Virus record (IMG/VR): IMGVR_UViG_3300044729_003129 | Location: 109,761-173,760 of that record | Source: a virus | Reading direction: 5' to 3' (one strand) | DNA length: 64,000 nucleotides | Shown: piece after piece, positions 1-8,645 of the stretch | Layout: each line of letters opens with the position of its first letter | Position numbering within the stretch: position 1 is the stretch's first letter | Notes under the pieces: model-generated | Database searches by the model: none | Seen by the model: the letters and a program-made list of their open reading frames with translations, nothing else | What the model was told of the DNA's origin: nothing | Program-made: the position numbers and the translations under genes

Positions 1-302
1 CCAATCAAGTTATAAGCATTTCTAGCAGCCCACCAAAAAGCTTTTACACTTGGTATGTCTCGTGGATGCCAAACTGTGGTTGTGTATGTTGTAGTACCAC
101 CAACTAAACAGGTGACAACTTCCCCAATATCATTGACAGTCGGGACAAAGGTTTGGGTTGTGCCTCTCGATGTGCCATTTACTGTCCATAAATAAGATGA
201 ACCAGATGGCGCGGTTAATGTTTCATTTGGATAAGCAAAACCGACAATATCTAATTCAACACTTCCTCTAAAATAAGACAGGCTTAAACCTAGACCTAAC
301 AT
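1..302 (-). CDS. Partial virion/adhesin-like protein (N-terminus only; runs off the window)
   Basis: ATG at 302, open to the window edge: MLGLGLSLSYFRGSVELDIVGFAYPNETLTAPSGSSYLWTVNG...DIGEVVTC; Ig-like pattern. Not in the ORF track. Confidence 0.6.
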   Translation of the reverse strand, partial: MLGLGLSLSYFRGSVELDIVGFAYPNETLTAPSGSSYLWTVNGTSRGTTQTFVPTVNDIGEVVTCLVGGTTTYTTTVWHPRDIPSVKAFWWAARNAYNLI

Positions 303-306
303 AAAA

Positions 307-591
307 TTAGAATAATACTGTTACTGCAGCTGCAGATATAGCGGTTCCGCTTTGGACTATACGCTGACCACCAAGAGGCCATACTCCTGGACTCAATGTA
401 AGTACACGTGTCTGGCCATTTACTCCTTCAATTTCAATGGTTCCATTAGCAGTACCAGGCGCAATATATAAACCAGCAAATACTTTGCCAACAGTTGGTG
501 TGTAAAAGCCATCTGTAAAAGTCAGTGCTTCATATGCAACAGCAGATGTGTTTTGGTGTATTAAACCCTTTTCGTAGACGTTAGTACTCAT
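307..591 (-). CDS. Hypothetical small virion protein
   Basis: 94-aa beta-rich ORF preceded by a TATAAATA box. Confidence 0.6.
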   Translation of the reverse strand: MSTNVYEKGLIHQNTSAVAYEALTFTDGFYTPTVGKVFAGLYIAPGTANGTIEIEGVNGQTRVLTLSPGVWPLGGQRIVQSGTAISAAAVTVLF

Positions 592-596
592 AGTCT

Positions 597-604
597 TATT
601 TATA
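597..604 (-). promoter_or_regulatory. T4-type late promoter TATAAATA
   Basis: Exact T4 gp55 consensus, 5 nt before the ATG at 591. Confidence 0.65.
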
Positions 605-760
605 TTATTCTCTTATAGAGATTCCGGTGTATAATGAAAGACCAAGCGCAATCAATACAACATAGTGAGAAATTACTTCATTTGGATTAATGACAGCATT
701 AAATGATATTATTTGTATAATAGCAATAAGTGCTAGTGCTAACCATATTACAGTTTTCAT
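605..760 (-). CDS. Small two-TM membrane protein (51 aa)
   Basis: MKTVIWLALALIAIIQIISFNAVINPNEVISHYVVLIALGLSLYTGISIRE; ATGA overlap with the upstream holin-like gene. Not in the ORF track. Confidence 0.65.
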   Translation of the reverse strand: MKTVIWLALALIAIIQIISFNAVINPNEVISHYVVLIALGLSLYTGISIRE

Positions 761-1077
761 GGTTTTTTAATATATTTTTCTGGTGAGCGCTCAAAGTGTT
801 TTGCCAGTTTAATAATTCCATTAATAATTTCTGGAGAGACAACACCTATGATGCCATAGGTAATCGCCTTGTACAGACTAGGAATATCAGTCTGTTCCAA
901 TATAAACCATGCTATTGCTGCAGCAAGGGCGGCAGATACAATATTTTTAAGTTGCTCGAGAATTGTATATTGTTTTTGTGCTGTCATGAGTCGGGCAAGC
1001 ATCCCCGCCGCTCCAACGAGAGGGATTATCCAACCACCCTCTAGAAACTCTTTTAGCATCGATCTTTCTGGTTCCAT
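757..1077 (-). CDS. Putative holin-like membrane protein
   Basis: 106 aa, about three hydrophobic segments and a basic C-terminus; late box upstream at 1133-1140. Confidence 0.5.
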   Translation of the reverse strand: MEPERSMLKEFLEGGWIIPLVGAAGMLARLMTAQKQYTILEQLKNIVSAALAAAIAWFILEQTDIPSLYKAITYGIIGVVSPEIINGIIKLAKHFERSPEKYIKKP

Positions 1078-1132
1078 TTATAACTATACTTTTAAAGTGT
1101 GAAACATCACAATATGACTATCAATCTAAATG

Positions 1133-1140
1133 TATTTATA
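1133..1140 (-). promoter_or_regulatory. T4-type late promoter TATAAATA
   Basis: Exact consensus in the intergenic gap upstream of the holin-like gene. Confidence 0.6.
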
Positions 1141-1152
1141 AAAAACATTGTT

Positions 1153-1830
1153 TTAACGGGTCAAGGCATGATCAACTGCATATTTATAAAAGAGTTCTTC
1201 CTGGAGGGCTCTTACCTTATATTTTTTAACAATATCATCTAAAGAATAATGAAACGCTGAAGTTATGTCATACATACTTTTTATGTCTCCTGCATAGTAG
1301 TTATCTATGCCCTTAAATTGTCTATAATATTGAGGATATTTTAAACTCAATCCATTTCCGGCTGTTGTCATTTTCAAGAGATTTTTAGTTGGTGTATAGC
1401 ACACTTGCGTAGTAAATTTATCGTAACGTGTATTAACTACAAGATCATAATCATAGGTATGATTATGATACAGGTGAGACACCAGTTTAAACTTTCCGGC
1501 CCACATACGTTTCCATGCCAATATTGGACAAGGACTGCCAGGAATGACACCTTCTAAGTTGCCGTGTAATTTTAAATGTGAGTCATCTTCAATACACACA
1601 CGTTTTATAGTTTGATTATAGAAATAATCGGATAGATGAGTTTTTTCTACTGTAAAAATACTGCTATAGTCTAGTTTTCGGTATGAGCTTTTTGCCTCTG
1701 ACTCACTCCATGTATGAAGAAAAAGATCAACCGTGTGACCGTTTTGTTTTAACAGATTTATATAGTCATTTAAGCGCGTGTCTTGTAACCCGCCTCTTAG
1801 GTGTCCACGAATACAAAATGCTAGTTTCAT
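1153..1830 (-). CDS. Putative glycosyltransferase-like protein (paralog B)
   Basis: MKLAFCIRGHLR...DLFLHTW...YDLVVNTRYD motifs; coupled to paralog A and glf. Confidence 0.5.
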   Translation of the reverse strand: MKLAFCIRGHLRGGLQDTRLNDYINLLKQNGHTVDLFLHTWSESEAKSSYRKLDYSSIFTVEKTHLSDYFYNQTIKRVCIEDDSHLKLHGNLEGVIPGSPCPILAWKRMWAGKFKLVSHLYHNHTYDYDLVVNTRYDKFTTQVCYTPTKNLLKMTTAGNGLSLKYPQYYRQFKGIDNYYAGDIKSMYDITSAFHYSLDDIVKKYKVRALQEELFYKYAVDHALTR

Positions 1831-2498
1831 AATAGGTTGTTGTCCACTGCATAACGATATACTATTTCTTCTTGGTGTTTAATCATTGGATATGCCTTTA
1901 AAATATCATCTAAAGAAACATAAAAGTCAGAGACTAATTTATACATCGTTTCAATTTTTCCAATATAAAAATTATCAACACCAACTACATTTTTAGTGTA
2001 TGTTGGATATTTAAATGCTATATTGTCTTTTTGTAAAATTAAACTATTCAGGGTTGAAGGAGGTGTATAGCATACTGGTGTAGTAAACATATCAAAGCGA
2101 GTATTAATGACTACATCATACTTTTCCTGACATTCATAGACATGTGATAGTATTTTATGCTGACCAACCCACATACGTTTCCATGCTAATAATGGACATG
2201 TGCTCGCACTTACATGCCCTGTTTTTTTCCCGTATATTTTTATTTTTGAGTCATCATCAATGATTATTTTTTGAACAGTATAGTCCTTAAAATAATTCTG
2301 CAACAACTCTTCACTTACCTTAAACACATATTTTCGATCGAGTACTCGATAACTAGATTTTGCCTCTGACTCCTTCCATGTATGCAAATATAGCTGAACG
2401 TCATGACCCTTAGCAGTTAACTGGTCTATATATTGAGTTAAACCTCGGGTAAACAGTCCATCCCGAACGTGCCCACGTATGCATAATGCTAGTTTCAT
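1827..2498 (-). CDS. Putative glycosyltransferase-like protein (paralog A)
   Basis: MKLALCIRGHVR...LYLHTW...YDVVINTRFD; shares ESEAKSSYR and CPxLAWKRMW with 1153-1830; ATGA overlaps. Confidence 0.5.
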   Translation of the reverse strand: MKLALCIRGHVRDGLFTRGLTQYIDQLTAKGHDVQLYLHTWKESEAKSSYRVLDRKYVFKVSEELLQNYFKDYTVQKIIIDDDSKIKIYGKKTGHVSASTCPLLAWKRMWVGQHKILSHVYECQEKYDVVINTRFDMFTTPVCYTPPSTLNSLILQKDNIAFKYPTYTKNVVGVDNFYIGKIETMYKLVSDFYVSLDDILKAYPMIKHQEEIVYRYAVDNNLL

Positions 2499-3493
2499 AG
2501 ATCCTTTAACTTTAACATGACGTGTTTAATTGCCATCCACATGTCTAGGTATTTATAGGTTGCAAGTCGACCAACAAAAATCACTCCCTTTTCTGCCTTT
2601 GCTAGTGATTCATAGAGTCGATATGTTTCCTGTCCTTCACCCCAAGGAATAGGATAAAACGGAATGTCCCCCGGCCCACATTCTTTCGGGTGTTCAGTGG
2701 TGACTACTGTTGGACCGACATGATCTGGCATAAAATAACTGTGATCATAGATTCGCGTATAGTCGGTTGTGCTATTGTTTTGGTTTACAATAAATGTGTC
2801 TTGCTTTTCACACAACACATGATGTTTAAACTCAAGTGAACGATATGGCAGACGTCCATATATCGTGCCAAAATAACTGTCAATCTTGCCGGTATAGACA
2901 ATCAAATCACCTGCCTCCCGCTTGTACGCCCAATCATCTTCTCCGCAATTTAAATGCACAATAATGCCTTCTAACATCTTTGTAAACATTGCAGAGTAAC
3001 CATCTTTTGGAATGCATTGATACTTTTGACCTTCAAACCAGGTTGGATCTTCGCATTCTGCAGTCTTTGGAATACGATTTGTAATAGTCTTAGGAATCTC
3101 GTCGAATGGCACTCCCCATTGCTTTTCGCTATACTCCTTAAAGATATATTCTACAATCTCTTCTTGAGACAGCTCACGACCAAGTTCAGATACTGTTTTC
3201 TTGCTGTACGGCAAACTTATGCGGCCAAGTCGGGTGTCTCCCTTTGGGCGCAGCGCAAACGGAGTCCATTCGGTATAACGACTAAGAAACTCATAGACCT
3301 CTTCATCGTCGGTATGAAAAATATGAGGGCCATACTGATGTACAAGCGTATTGCAAATATAGGCATCAGCGCAATTGCCACCGATATGAGGTCGAGTCTC
3401 AAAAATCTCTACGGCGTATCCTTTTTCTTTTAGGAGCACCGCAGCAGTAATTCCAGATAACCCGCATCCAATTATTTTAGCACTTTTTTTCAT
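2495..3493 (-). CDS. glf: UDP-galactopyranose mutase
   Basis: FAD-binding GCGLSG, HIGGNC, HQYGPHIFHT, YSEKQWG, YQCIPKDGY, LPYRSL, GRLATYKYLDM. Confidence 0.92.
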   Translation of the reverse strand: MKKSAKIIGCGLSGITAAVLLKEKGYAVEIFETRPHIGGNCADAYICNTLVHQYGPHIFHTDDEEVYEFLSRYTEWTPFALRPKGDTRLGRISLPYSKKTVSELGRELSQEEIVEYIFKEYSEKQWGVPFDEIPKTITNRIPKTAECEDPTWFEGQKYQCIPKDGYSAMFTKMLEGIIVHLNCGEDDWAYKREAGDLIVYTGKIDSYFGTIYGRLPYRSLEFKHHVLCEKQDTFIVNQNNSTTDYTRIYDHSYFMPDHVGPTVVTTEHPKECGPGDIPFYPIPWGEGQETYRLYESLAKAEKGVIFVGRLATYKYLDMWMAIKHVMLKLKDL

Positions 3494-3501
3494 ATTTTAA
3501 C

Positions 3502-3530
3502 ATTTTATCATAGTTTACGTCACCTGTAAA
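3502..3530 (-). promoter_or_regulatory. Sigma70-like promoter for the glf operon
   Basis: TTTACA-17 nt-TAAAAT with TG extension, 8 nt before the glf ATG. Confidence 0.55.
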
Positions 3531-3547
3531 CATAAATATATATCTAT

Positions 3548-3730
3548 ATGAAATTAAATGAAAAAGTCTATATTAAAAGTGAATTTAAGGATCTACTCCG
3601 CAGCATGAATGTCGGAATTGTCGACTATATTGTGGTCTATCGAACCGAAGGTGACAAGGTGTTTTTTAAAGCAAACTCTGCAAAACTACATCTCTCAAAA
3701 GAAGAGTTTGAAGAGGTCAAGTTACAATAG
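3548..3730 (+). CDS. Hypothetical protein
   Basis: 60-aa ORF filling the gap, divergent from glf; CATAAATA upstream. Confidence 0.5.
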   Translation: MKLNEKVYIKSEFKDLLRSMNVGIVDYIVVYRTEGDKVFFKANSAKLHLSKEEFEEVKLQ

Positions 3731-3899
3731 AATAATATTCAGTTGCCTCCTCTTCACTATCAAACCAATACCATCCATCTACTGGATAGTCATATTGATC
3801 TTTATTTTGTGCTACTAATGAAATATCTAAGCCTTCAACCCAATTTGGGGCATACAATATTTGTTCGTCTTCTTGTTTTTTATAGAATCCTGCTGTCAT
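3717..3899 (-). CDS. Small acidic fibre-associated protein
   Basis: 60 aa with YDYPVDGWYWFDSEEEA, directly downstream of the LRR gene. Confidence 0.55.
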   Translation of the reverse strand: MTAGFYKKQEDEQILYAPNWVEGLDISLVAQNKDQYDYPVDGWYWFDSEEEATEYYSIVT

Positions 3900-3903
3900 A
3901 AAA

Positions 3904-6411
3904 TTATCCTGTTACAAGCCACCCTTTGAGGAAGGCTGTGCCTGTTCTTAATTGTCTAAATGTTAAACTATTTGCACCCCCCGCAGCCATTTGTCGTGAT
4001 ACTGTGATGCTTACGTTGGGGTTAATTGATACAACCTGTGTACGATAGCGTAAGGTTCCAGAACCGTTTGTCGTTAATGCTAGTGCTGGACCACCTAGAG
4101 TTGCCGCTACTTGAAATGTTCCAGCTGTAGCATTGACTACATAGTAGATTCTGTTAATAATAATACCAGTCGTTGTTACTCTAGTTGCAAAAGAAACTTC
4201 ATCTCCATTACTTAATCCATGACTTGCAAGGTTGACTAAATCACCTGCATCGGTAAATGTCACAGCTCTTGCTGTTGTAAGTGGTGATCCTGTTCCTGTA
4301 ATTTGCATACCCACAGCAATACCAGTGGTGTCTGCCATTGTTATTGTTGTGCTTCCAGCTGTTGTAGTTCCTGTAAGAGTTACAGGTGTCGGCGCTCCCC
4401 AATTGTTTGTTACAGTTATTGTTTGAGAAGCAGCACCTATTGTGTCTAGATAATTGAATATAGATTCTAATTCTTCTTTTGATAATTTACAACCACTATA
4501 ACTTATTGAAAATTCTGAGCCATTTAATGCTGCTCTTGTAAGGTTTAGACAGGCACTAAATATACCATTAAATTTAAAAACGTCTGTACCTGCTCCTGAA
4601 ATTAATAACGGTACAGTTACAAGAGAAGTACAATTATTAAACATACTATTCATAGTAGTAACAGCCCCTGTATTGAATAGTGGTACACTTGTAAGAGAAG
4701 TACAACCATTAAACATACCACTCATGATTTGTACAGCCCCTGTATTGAATAGTGGTACAGTTGTAAGAGTAGTACAGCCACTAAACATATTACCCATAGT
4801 AGTAACAGCCCCCGTATTGAATAGTGGTACACTTGTAAGAGAAGAGCAACCAGCAAACATACTATTCATGAATTGTACAGCGCCTGTATTGAATAGTGGT
4901 ACACTTGTAAGAGATCTGCAACCATTAAACATACCACTCATATCAGTAACAGCCCCCGTATTGAATAGTGGTACAGTTGTAAGAGCAGTACAACCAAAAA
5001 ACATACCACTCATATCAATAACAGCCCCTGTATTGAATAGTGGTACACTTGTAAGAGAAGTACAACCATTAAACATACTAGTCATATCAATAACAGCCCC
5101 TGTATTGAATAGTGGTACACTTGTAAGAGAAGAGCAACTAGCAAACATATTATCCATAGTAGTAACAGCCCCTGTATTGAATAGTGGTACACTTGTAAGA
5201 GTAGTACAGCCACTAAACATACTACCCATAGTAGTAACAGCCCCCGTATTGAATAGTGGTACAGTTGTAAGAGCAGTACAACCAAAAAACATACCACTCA
5301 TATCAATAACAGCCCCCGTATTGAATAGTGGTACAGTTGTAAGAGAAGAGCAATTAACAAACATATTATTCATGAATTGTACAGCCCCTGTATTGAATAG
5401 TGGTACACTTGTAAGAGATCTGCAACCATTAAACATACCACTCATAGTAATAACAGCCCCCGTATTGAATAGTGGTACAGTTGTAAGAGAAGAGCAACTA
5501 GCAAACATACCACTCATAGTAGTAACAGCCCCCGTATTGAATAGTGGTACACTTGTAAGAGAAGTACAATTATTAAACATACTATTCATAGTAGTAACAG
5601 CTGATGTATTAAACAGCGGTACAGTTACAAGAGAAGTACAACCATTAAACATACCACTCATACTAGTAACATTTTCAGTATTAAATAACGGTACAGTTGT
5701 AAGAGAAGAGCAACTCTGAAACATATTACTCATATTAGTAATATTAGTAAGATCATTAAAAGATACATTTTTTAATGAAACTAAATTTGCAAATGAACTA
5801 GATAAGTTAGTTAATAATCCTATATTGACTCCAGTGAAACTAACTAAATTTTTACAAAAAGCCAAAGAAGCGGTTGCATTATTAAGAGTTAAACCTGTTA
5901 AACTTGGGCAAGATAAAGCTATTTCTAATATAGGAGAAGAATCAGGAAATGTAGATCCTGCTTGTGCATACTTTTGGTTAAAGTTTACACTTGTTATATT
6001 TTGACCAGCTTGAGGAGTAATGACTACAACTGCCATTTTATAACCATCACTTGTAACGGTGGCATTTAAATCTGGGTCGGTATATGAATATTCATGTTGA
6101 GCTTTAACTCCAGATGCAACATTTTCTGTTACACCATCACCCCAATCAACTGTATATGCTCCAGATATTGTAAAAGCAAGAAAGTTAGATCCTTGAGGAT
6201 ATACAGGCATCAACAAAGCTATTTTTTGCTCTGAAGATATTATAGTCGGCATTGTTAGCCAATCAGCTGGACGAACCCATGGAGACGGTGTGGCTGGAGT
6301 TGCTGCTGCTGTTGGTCGTTTAATTCTAAGGCGATCAAATCTATCCTTTTTAAAAAAAGAGGGTTTGCGTGAGACTAACGGTCCAACTTTATTTCCGTAA
6401 CGAATACTCAT
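3904..6411 (-). CDS. BspA/DUF285-like leucine-rich-repeat adhesin, probable receptor-binding protein
   Basis: PKD-like VDWGDG, 15 LFNTxxVxxMxxMFxxCxxLxxVP repeats plus degenerate flanks, C-terminal HGLxxGDxVxF beta module. Confidence 0.8.
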   Translation of the reverse strand: MSIRYGNKVGPLVSRKPSFFKKDRFDRLRIKRPTAAATPATPSPWVRPADWLTMPTIISSEQKIALLMPVYPQGSNFLAFTISGAYTVDWGDGVTENVASGVKAQHEYSYTDPDLNATVTSDGYKMAVVVITPQAGQNITSVNFNQKYAQAGSTFPDSSPILEIALSCPSLTGLTLNNATASLAFCKNLVSFTGVNIGLLTNLSSSFANLVSLKNVSFNDLTNITNMSNMFQSCSSLTTVPLFNTENVTSMSGMFNGCTSLVTVPLFNTSAVTTMNSMFNNCTSLTSVPLFNTGAVTTMSGMFASCSSLTTVPLFNTGAVITMSGMFNGCRSLTSVPLFNTGAVQFMNNMFVNCSSLTTVPLFNTGAVIDMSGMFFGCTALTTVPLFNTGAVTTMGSMFSGCTTLTSVPLFNTGAVTTMDNMFASCSSLTSVPLFNTGAVIDMTSMFNGCTSLTSVPLFNTGAVIDMSGMFFGCTALTTVPLFNTGAVTDMSGMFNGCRSLTSVPLFNTGAVQFMNSMFAGCSSLTSVPLFNTGAVTTMGNMFSGCTTLTTVPLFNTGAVQIMSGMFNGCTSLTSVPLFNTGAVTTMNSMFNNCTSLVTVPLLISGAGTDVFKFNGIFSACLNLTRAALNGSEFSISYSGCKLSKEELESIFNYLDTIGAASQTITVTNNWGAPTPVTLTGTTTAGSTTITMADTTGIAVGMQITGTGSPLTTARAVTFTDAGDLVNLASHGLSNGDEVSFATRVTTTGIIINRIYYVVNATAGTFQVAATLGGPALALTTNGSGTLRYRTQVVSINPNVSITVSRQMAAGGANSLTFRQLRTGTAFLKGWLVTG
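4605..5760 (-). repeat. Coding tandem repeat, 72-bp unit, about 16 copies
   Basis: Near-identical ACAGCCCCYGTATTGAATAGTGGTACASTTGTAAGAG core recurring every 72 nt, in frame. Confidence 0.95.
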
Positions 6412-6412
6412 A

Positions 6413-6778
6413 TTAACTTATTCTATTCACATATCCAAAAATATTAATCCCACTTGCAACACTAGCATTGCCATAAATTGAAGATCCTGCAGTTCCGTTT
6501 CCCTTTAATATCAAACCGGGACAGATTAATGTATTTCCAGCATAAGCCTCAATAACACCTTCAAATAAAATATCAGTTGAAAAATCAGTTCCTCCATACA
6601 ATACATTTAATGTAACATCTGCTGCTGTAGAATTTGTAGCATACAACCATACCTCGTCCATTATATCTGATGATGCTTGTGTTGTGTGTATTGTTGTAGT
6701 GTTAGCACCAGTGGCAGTTATAACAATAGACTTGCCATTTGTGCTTTGCGATAATAATTGCTTTGTATATGTTGCCAT
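6413..6778 (-). CDS. Putative virion structural protein
   Basis: 121-aa beta-rich ORF ending INIFGYVNRIS; AATAAATA box 5 nt upstream. Confidence 0.6.
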   Translation of the reverse strand: MATYTKQLLSQSTNGKSIVITATGANTTTIHTTQASSDIMDEVWLYATNSTAADVTLNVLYGGTDFSTDILFEGVIEAYAGNTLICPGLILKGNGTAGSSIYGNASVASGINIFGYVNRIS

Positions 6779-6793
6779 AATTTTATTTATTTT

Positions 6794-7066
6794 TTATAAA
6801 AAGATTGAAAGACCTATAATTGTGCTTGAGTCATCGAGAGATACTGCATTTGGATTTAGTGTAAGTACTCCAGCCGAATTTATAGATGCATCTCCAGATA
6901 ATGTGCGTGCAACAAATTCGTTTGTGTCATATATCAATAGCGAACCATTGGTTACGCCTTGCAAGTCAATGTCTGTAAGTTCTGAAAGTGTACGTCCGCC
7001 TTCAGATAAAGTAGAAACACCAATTCTAGATGATGCTGATATTGTAGCAATTATGTTTTCGCTCAT
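6794..7066 (-). CDS. Hypothetical fibre-segment-like protein
   Basis: LSELTDIDL..NGSLLIYD and TLSGDASINSAGVLTL fibre-type motifs. Confidence 0.55.
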   Translation of the reverse strand: MSENIIATISASSRIGVSTLSEGGRTLSELTDIDLQGVTNGSLLIYDTNEFVARTLSGDASINSAGVLTLNPNAVSLDDSSTIIGLSIFL

Positions 7067-7067
7067 A

Positions 7068-7406
7068 TTAACTTGGTCGTGTTGAGGCTGGTGATATTTC
7101 TACCTGTCCTTCAGCTATACGTATGACATGTCCGCCCGAATTGTATATTTCAACATCATATACATATCGACCAGGTTTCATGCCGCGTGTTTGAGTTGCC
7201 GTTAATGATACACCAACTTTACCTTCTAATGGAAGGTTTATAGATGTTGCAAAAGATATTGCGGTGTTTGAAGAATAGCTCTTACGTATCTGTCCACGAG
7301 AAAGATAGCCTGTAAGGTTAAACGGTAAGCCATTAGAGTCTTTTACGTCTATAACAGACGCGTAGGTGCTGCCCTGATCGATATAAATGTTACTATACGT
7401 CGCCAT
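7068..7406 (-). CDS. Conserved T4-like virion structural protein (BppU-like Ig fold)
   Basis: NIYIDQGSTY...QIRKSY...LTATQT...GRYVYDVEI...RIAEG; late box at 7413-7420. Confidence 0.7.
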   Translation of the reverse strand: MATYSNIYIDQGSTYASVIDVKDSNGLPFNLTGYLSRGQIRKSYSSNTAISFATSINLPLEGKVGVSLTATQTRGMKPGRYVYDVEIYNSGGHVIRIAEGQVEISPASTRPS

Positions 7407-7427
7407 ATAGTCTATTTATAAAACAAA

Positions 7428-8642
7428 TTAATTACTAAATGCGCCTTTAGATTTAGATCGTACAAATGTTCTAGTACCAAGTTGATCTGTTATATAAAAG
7501 GTATAATTTGTCATTTTACTATAATCAAAAGAATCCATAAATAAGAAGAGTGAATAGTTTGGTTGCATATCACCTCTACGTTTATTTGGAATATTTAGTG
7601 GCACTTGTTTTCTTACTGTTCGGATTCTAAAATTACGATTCTCAAAATATGATTCAATAATGTCAAGTTCTAATTTTATAACATTTGTAGTTGTGTATAT
7701 AATATCAATAAGCGTAGTGCGACCGGATTGATATGAATAAATTTCTCCTTGAATAGTTCCACGTACAAGAGGTGTTGTTGAAGTATCGGCTATAGAAACT
7801 GCTGTGCTCGTCACAAGTATTCCACCACCTATACTTCCAGTACGTAAACTTGCGGTAAAGCTTGTAGGCCCTTCAGTTGTACTATCTAAGTTTGCAGTTA
7901 CTGCAAAAGAATTACTGCCGCTAGAAACAACAAAACTCCCGTTATTAGGTGTCAAATCTGTTCTAGACGTAGTCCAATATAGTGTAGTTCCAGGGTTAAC
8001 ATTTGTAGTAGAGACATTAAATGTTACCGAACCTCCTTCATTAATAGCAGATAATGAAGGCGCAATAGAATATGTAGGAATTGGAATCGAAGAATCAATT
8101 AACCCAATTGCATTGCTACGACCAACTTCTATTCCAGTCTGCGAGTCTTTACGTAAAATTGCTTGAAATGTAACATATCCTTCGGCAGTTGCATCAGTAG
8201 ATGCAGTCGCACTAAAACTTGCTGTGCTAGAGTTTACTGTAATTGTACTTGCGCTTAATGTTAAGTCAGTTCTAGACAGTGACACATACAGGACTGTTCC
8301 ATTAGGCACATCAGTCGTGGTTAATGTAAAGGTGACAGTTCGGTCAGTCGTTTCATTGATTGAAGTTTTATTCGCAACAATTGTGTATGTAGGAATAATT
8401 TCAAAGCCACCATTCATAAACAAATCGCGCAAGTCAACGCCAGCAGAATTTTTAAGTCCTGTAAGTTCAAATATTCGATCCCCTGCTCCTCGACTAGGCT
8501 CGTATCGGCTCGCTAAATCTTGAGTCGTATATGGGTTTGTAGAGGTCACTACATTATAACCACACGCTGCCCCAGCAGTTCCTACACGTAGTTTAAATAG
8601 ATTATCAAAGTCAATGCCATTTACTGTATAACCTGATGACAT
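7428..8642 (-). CDS. Virion protein with two Ig/Calx-beta-like repeats
   Basis: Two TYxI..SINE..VTF..TTxV..GTxLY..D.T.EG..F repeats. Confidence 0.65.
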   Translation of the reverse strand: MSSGYTVNGIDFDNLFKLRVGTAGAACGYNVVTSTNPYTTQDLASRYEPSRGAGDRIFELTGLKNSAGVDLRDLFMNGGFEIIPTYTIVANKTSINETTDRTVTFTLTTTDVPNGTVLYVSLSRTDLTLSASTITVNSSTASFSATASTDATAEGYVTFQAILRKDSQTGIEVGRSNAIGLIDSSIPIPTYSIAPSLSAINEGGSVTFNVSTTNVNPGTTLYWTTSRTDLTPNNGSFVVSSGSNSFAVTANLDSTTEGPTSFTASLRTGSIGGGILVTSTAVSIADTSTTPLVRGTIQGEIYSYQSGRTTLIDIIYTTTNVIKLELDIIESYFENRNFRIRTVRKQVPLNIPNKRRGDMQPNYSLFLFMDSFDYSKMTNYTFYITDQLGTRTFVRSKSKGAFSN

Positions 8643-8645
8643 AGT

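Noticed and set aside
1181-1188. TATAAATA late box inside the GT-like gene
   Set aside because: It lies within coding sequence (FYKY) and is plausible by chance; the intergenic copy at 1133-1140 is the better candidate.
4605-5760. CRISPR-like array (about 37-nt constant, about 35-nt variable)
   Set aside because: The period is exactly 72 nt and in frame within an LRR gene, the 'spacers' are homologous to each other, and no cas genes are present.
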